Positions 28,060-38,500 of a DNA stretch of 64,000 nucleotides are shown one piece after another (position 1 is the stretch's first letter; the number at the start of each line of letters is the position of its first letter). The notes beneath the pieces are model-generated. The model worked only from the letters and a program-made list of their open reading frames with translations, searched no databases and was not told where the DNA came from. Origin of the DNA: Planctomycetota bacterium (lineage in GTDB: Bacteria > Planctomycetota > UBA8108 > UBA1146). Both the position numbers and the translations under genes were made by a program. Location of the stretch: NCBI GenBank assembly GCA_014240375.1, contig JAAZXB010000012.1:15829-79828 (forward strand), written 5' to 3'.

Positions 28060-29466
28060 ATGTCCCACGCCCATTGCTCTCATCCGGCCTCACGATCCAG
28101 TGCCCTCCGTCGATCCGGAGTCGGTGCTCTTTGTGTGGCCATCCTGACCTTTTTCGCCTCGGTCTGGCTAATTCCAGCGACCACCGTCCACGGCGGAAGT
28201 GAGCGGAGCCTCGAGGCCTCCACCTCCGATGTCTCCCGTGCCAGGTCGCAACTGGCCGAGGCGATCCAGAAGGACCGCTTTGACGAGGCTTCCCGTGCGG
28301 TCGATGAACTGGTCAAAGATGGCAGCAAGAAGGCGATCAATGCGCTGGTCCAGGTCGGTCTCGGCGGCAAGTCCTACGGAATCGAACGCTACATCGGATC
28401 GAAGTTGGTGGGCATCCCGGCCGGCGCAGGACTCGATCAACTCTGTCATCTGGCGAACAAGGATAAGCGCTCCTCCGCGCGGATCATCTTGACGCTGGTG
28501 CTGTCCGCACGCTCGGAGAGCAACGCCTACAAGGCAGTTCTGACCAACTTGTACGATCCCGACGACTCGGTTTCCCTCACCGTCATCGAAGCACTGGAGA
28601 AGAAGGACGACCTCGGTTCGGTCGAGCACCTGATCACTGCGCTGGCTCGTCAAGAAAAAGCCGGTCGGGCAGAGACGTTGCTCGCTTACGAGATTCGCAA
28701 GTGTCTGCTGAAACTGGTCGGAGAAGATTTCAGGGCGGCTGCGGACTGGAAAAACTTCTGGGAGCCGCGAAAGCACGATTACAAGAGGCCTCCTCCAGGG
28801 GAACAGAAGCGAGGAGTGACATCGGTCAAGCGCGATCCTCCAGCCTTCTTCGGAATGGAAGTGGCGGCCAAGAATGTTGTCTTCTTGCTCGATGTGTCCG
28901 GCAGCATGGAAGTGATCGATGACCTCCCGGAAGATCCGGGCGACGGAGTCGGTGGGCGTCGCACCGGGGTCGGTGAAGAGGAAGAAAAACCGAAACCGAC
29001 CCCCAAGCAGCAGGAAGCTCGCCAGCGAATTCGACGGGTGCAGGATGAGTTGATCCGGACCATCGATAAGTTGCCGAGTGATGTTCGCTTCAACATCATC
29101 ACTTTCAATCACGAGGTGCATGCGATGTCGAAGGGGTTGATCGCTGCATCGTCTCGCCGCAAGAGGGAAGCGATTCAATACGTGAGGAAGTTCAGCGCTC
29201 AGGGGGAGACCTGGACCGATCACGCCCTGCGTGAGGCATTCGGTGCGCCCAACCTGAAGGCGATCTTCCTCCTCTCCGATGGCGCACCGCGGCGCGACAA
29301 TCAGCTGCTCGAGACAGCGCCGATCTTGCAGTGGGTGCGAGAGGCCAATCGATTTCGGCGCATCCGCCTCAATACCGTCGGGTTCGAGCAAGCAGGCAAG
29401 AAATTGCGCGCCTTCATGAAAAAACTCGCACTGCAAAATAATGGCGAATACATCGAGCTTCGCTGA
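28060..29466 (+). CDS. vWA domain protein with N-terminal membrane anchor/signal and HEAT-like repeats
   Basis: ATG 28060 follows GGAAGGAAG. The hydrophobic segment is VGALCVAILTFFASVWLI. A vWA MIDAS-like DVSGSM motif is present, and the C-terminal half has the expected vWA layout. Confidence 0.65.
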   Translation: MSHAHCSHPASRSSALRRSGVGALCVAILTFFASVWLIPATTVHGGSERSLEASTSDVSRARSQLAEAIQKDRFDEASRAVDELVKDGSKKAINALVQVGLGGKSYGIERYIGSKLVGIPAGAGLDQLCHLANKDKRSSARIILTLVLSARSESNAYKAVLTNLYDPDDSVSLTVIEALEKKDDLGSVEHLITALARQEKAGRAETLLAYEIRKCLLKLVGEDFRAAADWKNFWEPRKHDYKRPPPGEQKRGVTSVKRDPPAFFGMEVAAKNVVFLLDVSGSMEVIDDLPEDPGDGVGGRRTGVGEEEEKPKPTPKQQEARQRIRRVQDELIRTIDKLPSDVRFNIITFNHEVHAMSKGLIAASSRRKREAIQYVRKFSAQGETWTDHALREAFGAPNLKAIFLLSDGAPRRDNQLLETAPILQWVREANRFRRIRLNTVGFEQAGKKLRAFMKKLALQNNGEYIELR

Positions 29467-29666
29467 ATCCTCTCGAATTATATGCAAGTCCTGTTTCTGG
29501 CAAGACTTGGTTCAGGTCCGGTAGGGCCGATCCGGTTGCCGCCCATCGCCGTTTCTGGTAGAAGCACCTTTTCCGGATGAGCGGCACGCCCTGAGGGTTG
29601 ATTCTGCTCCGACGAGGCCTGATCCGCAGGGCTCGAGTTTCGACCGTTAAATGAAGGAGAACCAAG

Positions 29667-31784
29667 ATGGATTCGTGGGTGGACTACCTGACCAGCGATA
29701 AGGGTGCGATGCTCGGCATCGGCATCTCCGTGATTTCCCTGATCTATGCATTTTACCTCAACAGCTGGATCAAGAAGCAATCTGCCGGCACCGAGCGAAT
29801 GCAAGAGCTGGCTGGATTCGTCCAGCAGGGTGCGATGGCATTTCTCAAGACCGAATACAAGATGCTGGGAGTGTTCGCCGTTTGCGTGGCGATTGCCCTC
29901 AACTTCGGGGTCAACTCTCAAACCGCCATCTCTTACGTGGTGGGGGCTCTCGCCAGTGGCGTCGCCGGCTGGATCGGCATGAAGACTGCCACGGTCAGTG
30001 CAGTGCGTACTACCGAAGCGGCGAAGACCGGACTCACCGGAGCCTTGACCGTGGCGTTTCGCTCGGGAGCGGTGATGGGATTGACCGTGGTCGGCCTCGG
30101 CTTGCTCGGCGTCTCGACCCTGTTCATCTACTGGCACGGCAACACAGCCCCTGGAGGGAACTTCGTCCAGCCACTCTTTGGCTTCTCCTTCGGTGCCTCC
30201 AGCATCGCGCTCTTTGCCCGGGTGGGCGGAGGCATCTTCACCAAGGCTGCCGATGTGGGCGCCGACCTGGTCGGCAAGGTGGAGGCGGGAATCCCCGAGG
30301 ATGACCCGCGCAACCCGGCCACCATCGCGGATAACGTGGGTGATAACGTTGGCGACGTTGCTGGCATGGGTGCGGACCTGTTCGAATCCTATGTCGGTTC
30401 GATCATCGCATGCATGGCTCTCGGGATCGCGGCTTTTGCGACGGTCGAGGGTGCAGACATGGACGTGGATATCATGCCGTGGGTGGCACTACCACTGGTC
30501 CTCTGTGCTCTGGGAACCCTTTCCTCCATCATCGGCACCGCAGTGGTCAAGACCAAGGACGAGAACAAGGTTCACTCGGCGCTGTTCAATGGCCTGTTGA
30601 CCGCAAGCGTCATCTTCGCCGGATTGGCCGCCTTCGTCTTCAGCAAGATGCCAGGGGATAACCTGCCGTTTGCCGATGGCGCCACCAAGTGGGGTATCTA
30701 CGGAACGCTGGTCGGGGGCCTGCTGCTCGGGATCATCATCGGAAAGATCACCGAACATTACACCTCCGAGCAGGCGCCTCATGCGCGGAAGATCGCCGCC
30801 GATTCGGAACAGGGAACCGCCACCAACATCATCAGTGGACTGGCCATCGGAATGCAATCGACGGTGTGGCCGGTGATCTGGATCTGTGTCGCGATCTACT
30901 CCGCACATCACTTCGGAGGCCTCTACGGAATCGCTCTCAGTGCCGTCGGCATGCTCTCGACGCTGGGCATCTCGCTTGGCATCGACGCCTACGGACCGGT
31001 CGCTGACAATGCCGGCGGCATCGCCGAGATGGCGGGTTGCGATCCGGAAGTGCGTCAGCGCACCGATGCTCTCGATGCGGTAGGAAACACCACCGCCGCC
31101 ATCGGTAAGGGATTCGCCATCGGTTCGGCCGCCCTCACCGCTCTGGCCCTGTTCAACACCTACTCCAACGAGGTGAAGGCAGGACTCGATCGACTTGGTC
31201 TCGATCCTGCGATCTTCGAGAATCTCGACATCCTCAATGTCAACGTGACCATCGGACTGTTCCTCGGAGCGGCGATGACCTTCCTCTTCTCCGCCCTGAC
31301 GATGAAGGCGGTGGGCAAGGCAGCGGGCTCGATGATCGAAGAGGTGCGGCGTCAGTTCCGCGAGATTCCTGGAATCCTCGAAGGAACCGGAAAGCCTGAC
31401 TATGCCGCCTGCGTGGAGATCTCGACCAAGGGATCGCTGCGCGAGATGGTGTTACCCGGATTCCTCGCCATCGTGGTGCCGGTCGCGGTCGGCTGCTGGT
31501 CGATGCAGGTGCTCGGCGGACTGTTGGCGGGATCGCTGGCTACCGGGGTGCTGTTTGCCATCTTCATGTCGAATGCCGGTGGCGCCTGGGACAATGCCAA
31601 GAAGTACATCGAAACGGGACAGCATGGCGGCAAGGGCTCCGAGGCTCACAAGGCTTCGGTGGTCGGCGACACCGTGGGCGATCCGTTCAAGGATACCAGC
31701 GGGCCTTCACTGAACATCCTGATCAAGTTGATGACGATTGTCAGTCTGGTGTTCGTGCCGCTGTTCCTGAAGATGGCCGGGTAG
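29667..31784 (+). CDS. hppA: Membrane-bound H+-translocating pyrophosphatase (K+-stimulated type)
   Basis: [22 protein letters not shown] and the other PPase motifs are present, with 15-16 TM segments. [10 protein letters not shown] has Ala at the K+-dependence position. AAGGAGA precedes the start. Confidence 0.9.
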   Translation: MDSWVDYLTSDKGAMLGIGISVISLIYAFYLNSWIKKQSAGTERMQELAGFVQQGAMAFLKTEYKMLGVFAVCVAIALNFGVNSQTAISYVVGALASGVAGWIGMKTATVSAVRTTEAAKTGLTGALTVAFRSGAVMGLTVVGLGLLGVSTLFIYWHGNTAPGGNFVQPLFGFSFGASSIALFARVGGGIFTKAADVGADLVGKVEAGIPEDDPRNPATIADNVGDNVGDVAGMGADLFESYVGSIIACMALGIAAFATVEGADMDVDIMPWVALPLVLCALGTLSSIIGTAVVKTKDENKVHSALFNGLLTASVIFAGLAAFVFSKMPGDNLPFADGATKWGIYGTLVGGLLLGIIIGKITEHYTSEQAPHARKIAADSEQGTATNIISGLAIGMQSTVWPVIWICVAIYSAHHFGGLYGIALSAVGMLSTLGISLGIDAYGPVADNAGGIAEMAGCDPEVRQRTDALDAVGNTTAAIGKGFAIGSAALTALALFNTYSNEVKAGLDRLGLDPAIFENLDILNVNVTIGLFLGAAMTFLFSALTMKAVGKAAGSMIEEVRRQFREIPGILEGTGKPDYAACVEISTKGSLREMVLPGFLAIVVPVAVGCWSMQVLGGLLAGSLATGVLFAIFMSNAGGAWDNAKKYIETGQHGGKGSEAHKASVVGDTVGDPFKDTSGPSLNILIKLMTIVSLVFVPLFLKMAG

Positions 31785-31810
31785 ACCGATTTGTTCTGAT
31801 CGATCCTCGA

Positions 31811-31850
31811 GGGGCCGCCCGCCGGTTGCCGGTGGGCGGCTTCTCTTCAT
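31811..31850 (+). terminator. Probable intrinsic terminator after hppA
   Basis: GGGGCCGCCCGCCGG-ttgcc-GGTGGGCGGC hairpin (one G-U pair) followed by TTCTCTTCAT. Confidence 0.5.
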
Positions 31851-31906
31851 CTGGACTTGTGGCAGGGGATTGGCCTGATACTCTCTGTAGGATCGAAAGG
31901 TATCGA

Positions 31907-32329
31907 ATGGATCTGAACATGAACTCGGAAGCAAGCCAGGGTGTGGAACAGCTGGAGTTGATCGCTGCCGATACGGCTCGTTTTCTGTTTGATCAGAAGG
32001 CGGACCAGATCCTGGTATTGCGTGTACGAGAGATGATCCACATCTCTTCCTACTTCATCCTCGCTTCCGGACGCTCGGCGCGTCAGGTCCGAACGATGGG
32101 GGACTCGGTCGAACGATTCCTCAAGCCGATGCACTTGCCCCGGATCGGCTTTCACGGCCGAGACGACTCCCGCTGGTATTGCCTGGATCATGGTGAAATT
32201 GTTATTCACCTGTTCGAGGAGGAAGCACGGGAATATTACGACCTGGAAAATCTATGGGTGAAGGCCCCTCGCCTCGAGGTGGATTTCATGAGTCGGGCGA
32301 TCACTTCGGAGCCTGAAGACGCCGCCTAG
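31907..32329 (+). CDS. rsfS: Ribosome silencing factor RsfS (Iojap family)
   Basis: ADTARFLFDQKADQILVLRVREMIHISSYFILASGRSARQVRTMGDSVERFLK...IVIHLFEEEAREYYDLENLW is the Iojap signature. The ATG at 31907 sits inside the TTG-initiated tracked ORF. Confidence 0.8.
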   Translation: MDLNMNSEASQGVEQLELIAADTARFLFDQKADQILVLRVREMIHISSYFILASGRSARQVRTMGDSVERFLKPMHLPRIGFHGRDDSRWYCLDHGEIVIHLFEEEAREYYDLENLWVKAPRLEVDFMSRAITSEPEDAA

Positions 32330-32350
32330 GGCGTGGATTCGCCGGGGAGT

Positions 32351-34516
32351 TTAACGCCCATCTTTGGCCTCCTCAGAGACTTCTTCCTGAGCATTTTGCT
32401 GGGCTTCATCCTGGGCTCCATCTTGGACTTCATCCTGTTGCGGGATCGGTCTCACCAACTCGATCACACTGCTCGATGGCATCGACTGATCGGCGCGTCG
32501 TGCGATCAGCAGTTCACCACCCTCGAGCGGCAGCGGCGTGCCTCCCCTCGAACTCTCCGGCCACGGTAGAATTGCCAACGCGGAACCATCGCGCAGCGAG
32601 TGGACCTCGATACCGGCAGCGGAAGGGATCCAGATACGGCCGGAGAAGATCCTCGGTTGGCCCCTCAGCAGTGGCTCCTGGAGAGACGTGGGATCATCCT
32701 TTTCTGTCATCGATTGTGCCGCCAGGGCGATGGCCCACGGTCCCGCCACTACCTCACCATTGCGTGGGTCGAGACCGGTCAGGTGAATCGTACTTTTCCC
32801 CACCCCGATGCTCCCATCGAACAGCCAGGCGATGCCATCGACGATCCCCAGCAGCGAGGTCTGGCGCCCCGCCGGATGGCTCCAGCGGATGTGCCAGGAA
32901 TCTTTCTCGAGGGCGATCAACATCCGTCCATCTGGCGGCAATAGAAGCCACGGGATCGACTCATCCTCCGGCACCTGGATCGGTGAGTTGGAACGGGGTC
33001 GTAATCCCGGGTAGGCAAGGAAACGCTGGTTGCCCCAACGAATATCACTGAGGCTCGGCAACTCCTCGAAGCGCCATCGTGGCAGATAGAAGGTGGCACG
33101 GTGTGCTCCGCTACTGGCGGACAGGCATTCGATGGCTCCGCCGGAACGACTCACCAGAAGATCATCTCCAGATCGTGCCAGCGAAGCGGAGAGGATCTTG
33201 TCGCGAAGGTCATTGAGAGAGTGGGCTTCCAGTTCTCGTACCTCGAGTTGACGTCGCCACAATTCCTTGCCGTGGGCCAGATCGAAGGAGAATACCCACG
33301 TCTCGAGGGTCGACCACCCGCGTGTCGCCAGCAGCCATAGCCGATCGCCTTCGATCAGCGGCACCGGACAGGCACTGAATCCTTCGCTGGCGATGGGGGC
33401 GACCCAGGAGGAGCTGGGAGGTTTCTGAGGATCTGGAATTTCGAGCACCACCGCTTCCAGCCAGCCAAGATCTTTCCACGGCCCGCTCTCGATAATGATG
33501 TTGGTGGAAGGTCGCTGATATTGGCGTGGCGTCCGAAGCAGGAAGACGCAGCGATCACCGCTACTGACCGGAATCTCGGGAACACTGATGAACGGCAGTT
33601 GGGTGCGACCGGGGGACTCATCGGGGCGTGGGACCTGCCATTGCCACGCTTCTCGGGTCGGTTCATCGAGATCGATCGCCACTACACGATGGCCGTTGCC
33701 GAAGAGTGCCGTCCTCTGGCCCAGTAGCGGGAACAGGTCCGACAGCGGATGGCGCCGCGTCCACACCCGGGCTTTGCGATGGGCGGTCGCCTCCGGACCT
33801 GTCTCCGGCATCGGGATCGCCAGTGAACCCTCGACGCGGCTTGCCGCCGACTGTACCGGTGGTTGGATCAACGGTCCGTCACTGCGTCTCCAGGGCCCTT
33901 CCAGCGGCGGCGTACCCGCCAGCCAGCGCAGCCAATTGGGGTCGATCCCTGCACCAATTCCAGGTCGCTGCAGGAGTGCCCAGGCGGCACTTCGATCGGC
34001 TCGCTCGAGCGCCTCTTGCAGGGCACGATTTGCCTCGATCGCTCGATCGGGTTGCCAGACCAGCGGATGGGCTCCATCGATGGGAATCGGACCGAGTCGT
34101 TTGAGGGCCACATCGAGAAAGCCATCCGGCAGCGACCGGCCAAATCGTTCCAGTTGCCGAGAGGTACGCCCGATGCGAAGGGTTCCACGGCTGCCGATCG
34201 AGATGGTCCGCAGTGGAAAGATCAGCGATCCATGCCGCGTCTCGAGCCAGTCTTGCAACTGCTGGGCTGCCGCGGCAGGATTCTCGCCGGCTCGTCGGGA
34301 GATCTGCAACAGCGAATCCACATCTTGGTGATGAGGGATTCGCCCGGGGCCAGCGGCGGGGGGGCCAGGCAACTCGTACTCCTGTGGAACTACCGCCTGT
34401 GGATCAGCCTGTGGATCAGCCTGTGGATCAGCCTGTGGATCGGCACTCCACACGGTCAGCAGTGGCAGCAGCAGCCACGTCACCAGCAGCAGGGTGAACT
34501 TCAAGCGGAAAACCAT
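32351..34516 (-). CDS. Secreted hypothetical protein with (ADPQ)4 repeat after the signal peptide; possible beta-propeller
   Basis: Start MVFRLKFTLLLVTWLLLPLLTVWS is a signal peptide, followed by ADPQADPQADPQADPQ. A C-terminal acidic QDEVQDGAQDEAQQNAQEE tail is present. No family recognised. Confidence 0.65.
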   Translation of the reverse strand: MVFRLKFTLLLVTWLLLPLLTVWSADPQADPQADPQADPQAVVPQEYELPGPPAAGPGRIPHHQDVDSLLQISRRAGENPAAAAQQLQDWLETRHGSLIFPLRTISIGSRGTLRIGRTSRQLERFGRSLPDGFLDVALKRLGPIPIDGAHPLVWQPDRAIEANRALQEALERADRSAAWALLQRPGIGAGIDPNWLRWLAGTPPLEGPWRRSDGPLIQPPVQSAASRVEGSLAIPMPETGPEATAHRKARVWTRRHPLSDLFPLLGQRTALFGNGHRVVAIDLDEPTREAWQWQVPRPDESPGRTQLPFISVPEIPVSSGDRCVFLLRTPRQYQRPSTNIIIESGPWKDLGWLEAVVLEIPDPQKPPSSSWVAPIASEGFSACPVPLIEGDRLWLLATRGWSTLETWVFSFDLAHGKELWRRQLEVRELEAHSLNDLRDKILSASLARSGDDLLVSRSGGAIECLSASSGAHRATFYLPRWRFEELPSLSDIRWGNQRFLAYPGLRPRSNSPIQVPEDESIPWLLLPPDGRMLIALEKDSWHIRWSHPAGRQTSLLGIVDGIAWLFDGSIGVGKSTIHLTGLDPRNGEVVAGPWAIALAAQSMTEKDDPTSLQEPLLRGQPRIFSGRIWIPSAAGIEVHSLRDGSALAILPWPESSRGGTPLPLEGGELLIARRADQSMPSSSVIELVRPIPQQDEVQDGAQDEAQQNAQEEVSEEAKDGR
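34397..34444 (-). repeat. 12-bp tandem repeat x4 (encodes ADPQ x4)
   Basis: +strand ctgtggatcagc x4. Confidence 0.9.
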
Positions 34517-34731
34517 GCCTCTCTCTAGACCTCTTCTTGCCACTTCTGGCGATTGAAAGCGTTATCGAACTGGATCACTGAACTGCGGCGATCGCGCTGT
34601 GCGGATGACTCGAAGTCTCCGTTTGGGCCCACATCACGACCCCATCCTTGCGTGTGAAACGGCTTCGCGCTACCAGGGTTGTTCCCGATACAGGTGCCCG
34701 ATAGGCTCGCCGTTTCGGAAAGGCAGATACC

Positions 34732-35220
34732 GTGACCGAATCCAAAACTCCATCGACGCGGCTGATGCTCGCCTCCGAGGCCCAGACCGAGGCGCTAGGT
34801 GAGCGGATCGGCGCTGTGGCCCGGGCCGGCCTGGTGGTGGGCCTGTACGGGGATCTGGGAGCTGGAAAAACGGCTCTGGTGCGTGGTCTGGCCCGGGGAA
34901 TGGCTCTCGATGGCCGGGTTCGCAGCCCTACCTTTACCATCGCCTCACTCCACCGAGGAGTGGTGCCACTGCTTCATGTCGACGCCTATCGCCTTGAGGA
35001 TCCCACCGAACTGGCGCTTCACGGCTGGCAGGAATGGCATCAAGAGGGGGTGATCGCGGTGGAATGGGCGCAACGGGTCGAATCGATGCTCCCACCGCGA
35101 CATCTGAGGATCGAACTGTCTCATCGGGGTGAGGAACTTCGTCAGGGCCACATCCAGGTGCGGGGAGAGGGGCAAGACGATGCGGTGGAGCAGGCTTTTC
35201 TTGCCGCGATCGTTTGCTGA
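34732..35220 (+). CDS. tsaE: tRNA t6A37 biosynthesis ATPase TsaE
   Basis: GDLGAGKT P-loop, RSPTFTI and HVDAYRL motifs. GTG start; alternative ATG 34765. Confidence 0.8.
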   Translation: MTESKTPSTRLMLASEAQTEALGERIGAVARAGLVVGLYGDLGAGKTALVRGLARGMALDGRVRSPTFTIASLHRGVVPLLHVDAYRLEDPTELALHGWQEWHQEGVIAVEWAQRVESMLPPRHLRIELSHRGEELRQGHIQVRGEGQDDAVEQAFLAAIVC

Positions 35221-35305
35221 AGCAACTTGAAAGCAATCTCGTGGGCTTCACAATCAGTGGGCCCGACATTTCCATTTCCCCAGACCCGGGCAGGATCGAG
35301 AAACG

Positions 35306-35578
35306 ATGCCGAGACGCCGCCATGGTGGAGCCGGGAGAGGCTCCGAACCCGATGACGCCACCGATCAAGATGCCGCAGGCTGGCTTCTCGATGGCCTGGC
35401 GATCCGTCCGCCTCTCGAGGAGTTCCGGCGACTGTTCGAGATGAAGAAGAGAGCTTTTGAAGGCAAGGTCGATGCCGAGAGTTTACGCAAGTACGAGCAG
35501 GCGCGTCGTCTCGGAGAGAAATTCATCGCAGAGCAGGACTACGACCAGGAGACGGGTCCGAGGGGGGCGTCTTGCTGA
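35306..35578 (+). CDS. Small hypothetical ORF (doubtful)
   Basis: 90 codons with no recognisable family and rare codons (tta, aga). It overlaps the likely ribosome binding site and start of the next gene. It may simply be a 5' UTR. Confidence 0.2.
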   Translation: MPRRRHGGAGRGSEPDDATDQDAAGWLLDGLAIRPPLEEFRRLFEMKKRAFEGKVDAESLRKYEQARRLGEKFIAEQDYDQETGPRGASC

Positions 35579-38500
35579 TTCGCAGCCTTCGAGCCGAGGG
35601 ATTCTTGAAGTTCAGAAAACTTCGTATCGATAATTTTCCCCGTCGCGCCCTGATCGGAATTGTCGGACCCAACGAGAGTGGCAAATCGAGTATCGGGCAA
35701 CTGTTCCAGTTCGCTCTCTTTGGTTCAACCCATCACATGGTGCGCGGTTCGATCACCGACTTGATTCACTGGGACGATGATCATTGTGTGGTCGAACTCG
35801 ATTTCGAACATGCCGATGAAGGGTATCGGATCTGGCGCGAGATGGACCGCTTCGGCACCTCCTTTGCGCGACTGGTTCGGATCGACAAGTCGGGGGGGCC
35901 GCCGGGTGAAGAGATCGCCTCGGGAGCACTCCAGGTGCAGCGAGAAGTGCAGAGACGCTTTCACCTCGGCGCCGGAGAAACGATGCACTCCTTCTACCTG
36001 GCAGAGCGGGAATCGGTCACCACCCCGGAGCAGTTCAGATCCTTCCTCGATCGGGTGGCGGGAATCGATGTGCTCCAGGGAGCACGGGGAGAAGCGAGTC
36101 AGGCCCTCGATCTGCTGGAGAAAGATTTCACCTCGGTGCAGGAAGAGATCCACCGCAATGACCTGCACATTCAGCGTCTACAACCCAATATCGACAAGAT
36201 TCCAGATCTCGAAGAGGAACTGAAGGTCAGAGATTCCAAGGTCGAGGAAGCTCGCGCTCACGGGCGTGAGATGCAACGACTGGTGGAGCAGGAACTGAAA
36301 AAGCGTGACGAGGTTCAGAAGATCCAGCTCGAATTGCGATCCATCGATACTCTGATCGCTTCCGAGTCGCTGAGAAAGAGCAATGGCTTGATCGGGTTGC
36401 TACAAGCGGACCTGGCTCCGGAGCCTTTGCGCGACCAGGATTCCATCATCACTCCGCTGCGCGATGGATTGGAGCAGGTCTCCGATGCATGCAAGATCCG
36501 CGCAGAACTCGAGCAATGCGTGATCGACTCCATCGAGTCGTTAAAAGCACGTCTCGAAGGAGATCAAGAGGGGTCGATTGGCACCGAGAAAGAACTCCAG
36601 GAGCAAGAGATTCGCAACTCCTCGACCTCGCGGGTGCGCCATCGCGCAGGAGCCTTGGTGCTCTTCATCGCTGGCTTGGTGGGGATGGTGCTTGGCCTCG
36701 ATCTTGAACTGGACTGGGGAATCGGCCAGAAGATTCAATTCCTGGCCCAGATGGAGCCGGAAAAGGGGATCGGATTTCTGGTGGCTGCATTCTTTGCCTT
36801 CCTCTTCGTCGCTGCCTGTTGGTTGTCGACCCGCGCATCTCAATGTCTTCAGAAGACCTTCGATGCTCAGGGCATCCTGTCGCGATTGCAGATGGAGCAG
36901 AATGTCGGAAACAGTTCACTGGAAGCGGCGAGGGCGCATGTGTCCCGTTCATCGGGTGGGCTCGATCCTGGCGACGACATCGGAGAATGTCGGGTCCGTT
37001 CTGTACAAGAACACCTGGAATCTTTACGTGCTGCTCGCCGTGAGATCCACGGAGTCATGGGCGATCTGCCAGGCGAATTCTTGGCGGGGAAGTTGAAGAG
37101 TGCACTCGATCGAGTGCGCGCGACCCTCAAGGAGCGTCGTAAGTCGATGGATGAGTCCAGTGACTCGGTCAAACGCCTACGCTCCAAGAGTGATCGCATC
37201 CAGTCGGAGATTCGTGAGTATCAGAATCAGGACGGGCGTCGCCAGGCGTTGTCCGAGGTTTCTGACGGGAGTCGCAAGAAGTCACTGGCGATTCGCGATG
37301 AGATGGACATTCATCGACTGCTGGTCGAGTTGCTCGATGAAACCATCGAGTCGGTGCGGATGCGTGCTGGTCCCAGTCTTGGCAAGGGACTGTGCCGACT
37401 GCTGCCGCATCTGACCGGCGGCCGCTACCGTGATGCTCAGGTGACGCCAGAGTTCGAGATCCGTCTCTTCACTGGAGATAAGAGTGATTTTCTCCAGACT
37501 CATGAGCTTTCAGGGGGCACCTTGCAGGGGCTTTCCTTTGGCTTCCGTCTCGCCTTTGCCCAGGCTTTTGTGCGGGCGGTCACGGGTGCGCCACAGTTCC
37601 TCTTCCTCGATGAACCGTTCCCAGCGATGGACCGTGAGCGAGTCTTGCGAACCCTCCAGGCACTTCCACGTTTGAGTCAAGAATTGAGCCAGGTGATCGT
37701 TGCGCATCCCGATCTGGATCCCGCAGCTCGTCAGAGTTTTGATCTGTTGATCGAGACCGATCAATCTTCCGACCGGCTCGAGATCGATCTGGAGGATATG
37801 TCTCTGCCAGAGGTCTCTGCCCCTCGACGAGAACCGGTACAGATGAGCCCCACGATCCCCAGAAGTGAACCTGCCGCTCGTCGGGAGTCCGCGTCACGTC
37901 GAGAGTCCAGACCACGTCGCGATTCTGCTCCGCATCGCGAGTCTGCGCCACGTCGCGATTCTGCTCCGCATCGCGAGTCTGCTTCGCGAGGAGAGTCTGC
38001 GCCACGTCGGGAGTCTGCGCCACGTCGGGAGTCAGCGCCGCGTCGCGATTCTGCTCCGCGAGGAGAGTCTGCGCCACGTCGGGAGTCTGCGCCACGTCGA
38101 GAGTCTGCGCCACGTCGAGAGTCAGCGCCGCGTCGCGATTCTGCTCCGCGAGGAGAGTCTGCGCCGCGAGGAGAGTCTGCGCCGCGTCGCGATTCTACTC
38201 CGCGAGGAGAGTCCGCGTCACGTCGGGAGTCTGCTCCGCGTCGAGAGCCTTCTCCGCGTCGCGATTCTGCTCCGCGTCGAGAAGCCGGTTCCGGTCGAGA
38301 GTCCGCGGGACCACCGATCGAGTCGGATGACACCACTCGGCCCGCCAGATCCAGCGGCGACGATGGTCGCCGCCGTAGAGAAGCACGCAGTAACGAAGCA
38401 CGCAGTAACGAAGCACGCAGTAACGAAGCACGCAGTAACGAAGCACGCAGTAACGAAGCACGCAGTAACGAAGCACGCAGTAACGAAGCACGCAGTAACG

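Noticed and set aside
32476-34528. +strand ORFs 32476-33051, 33588-34331, 33863-34528
   Set aside because: They are antisense to the secreted-protein gene 32351-34516.
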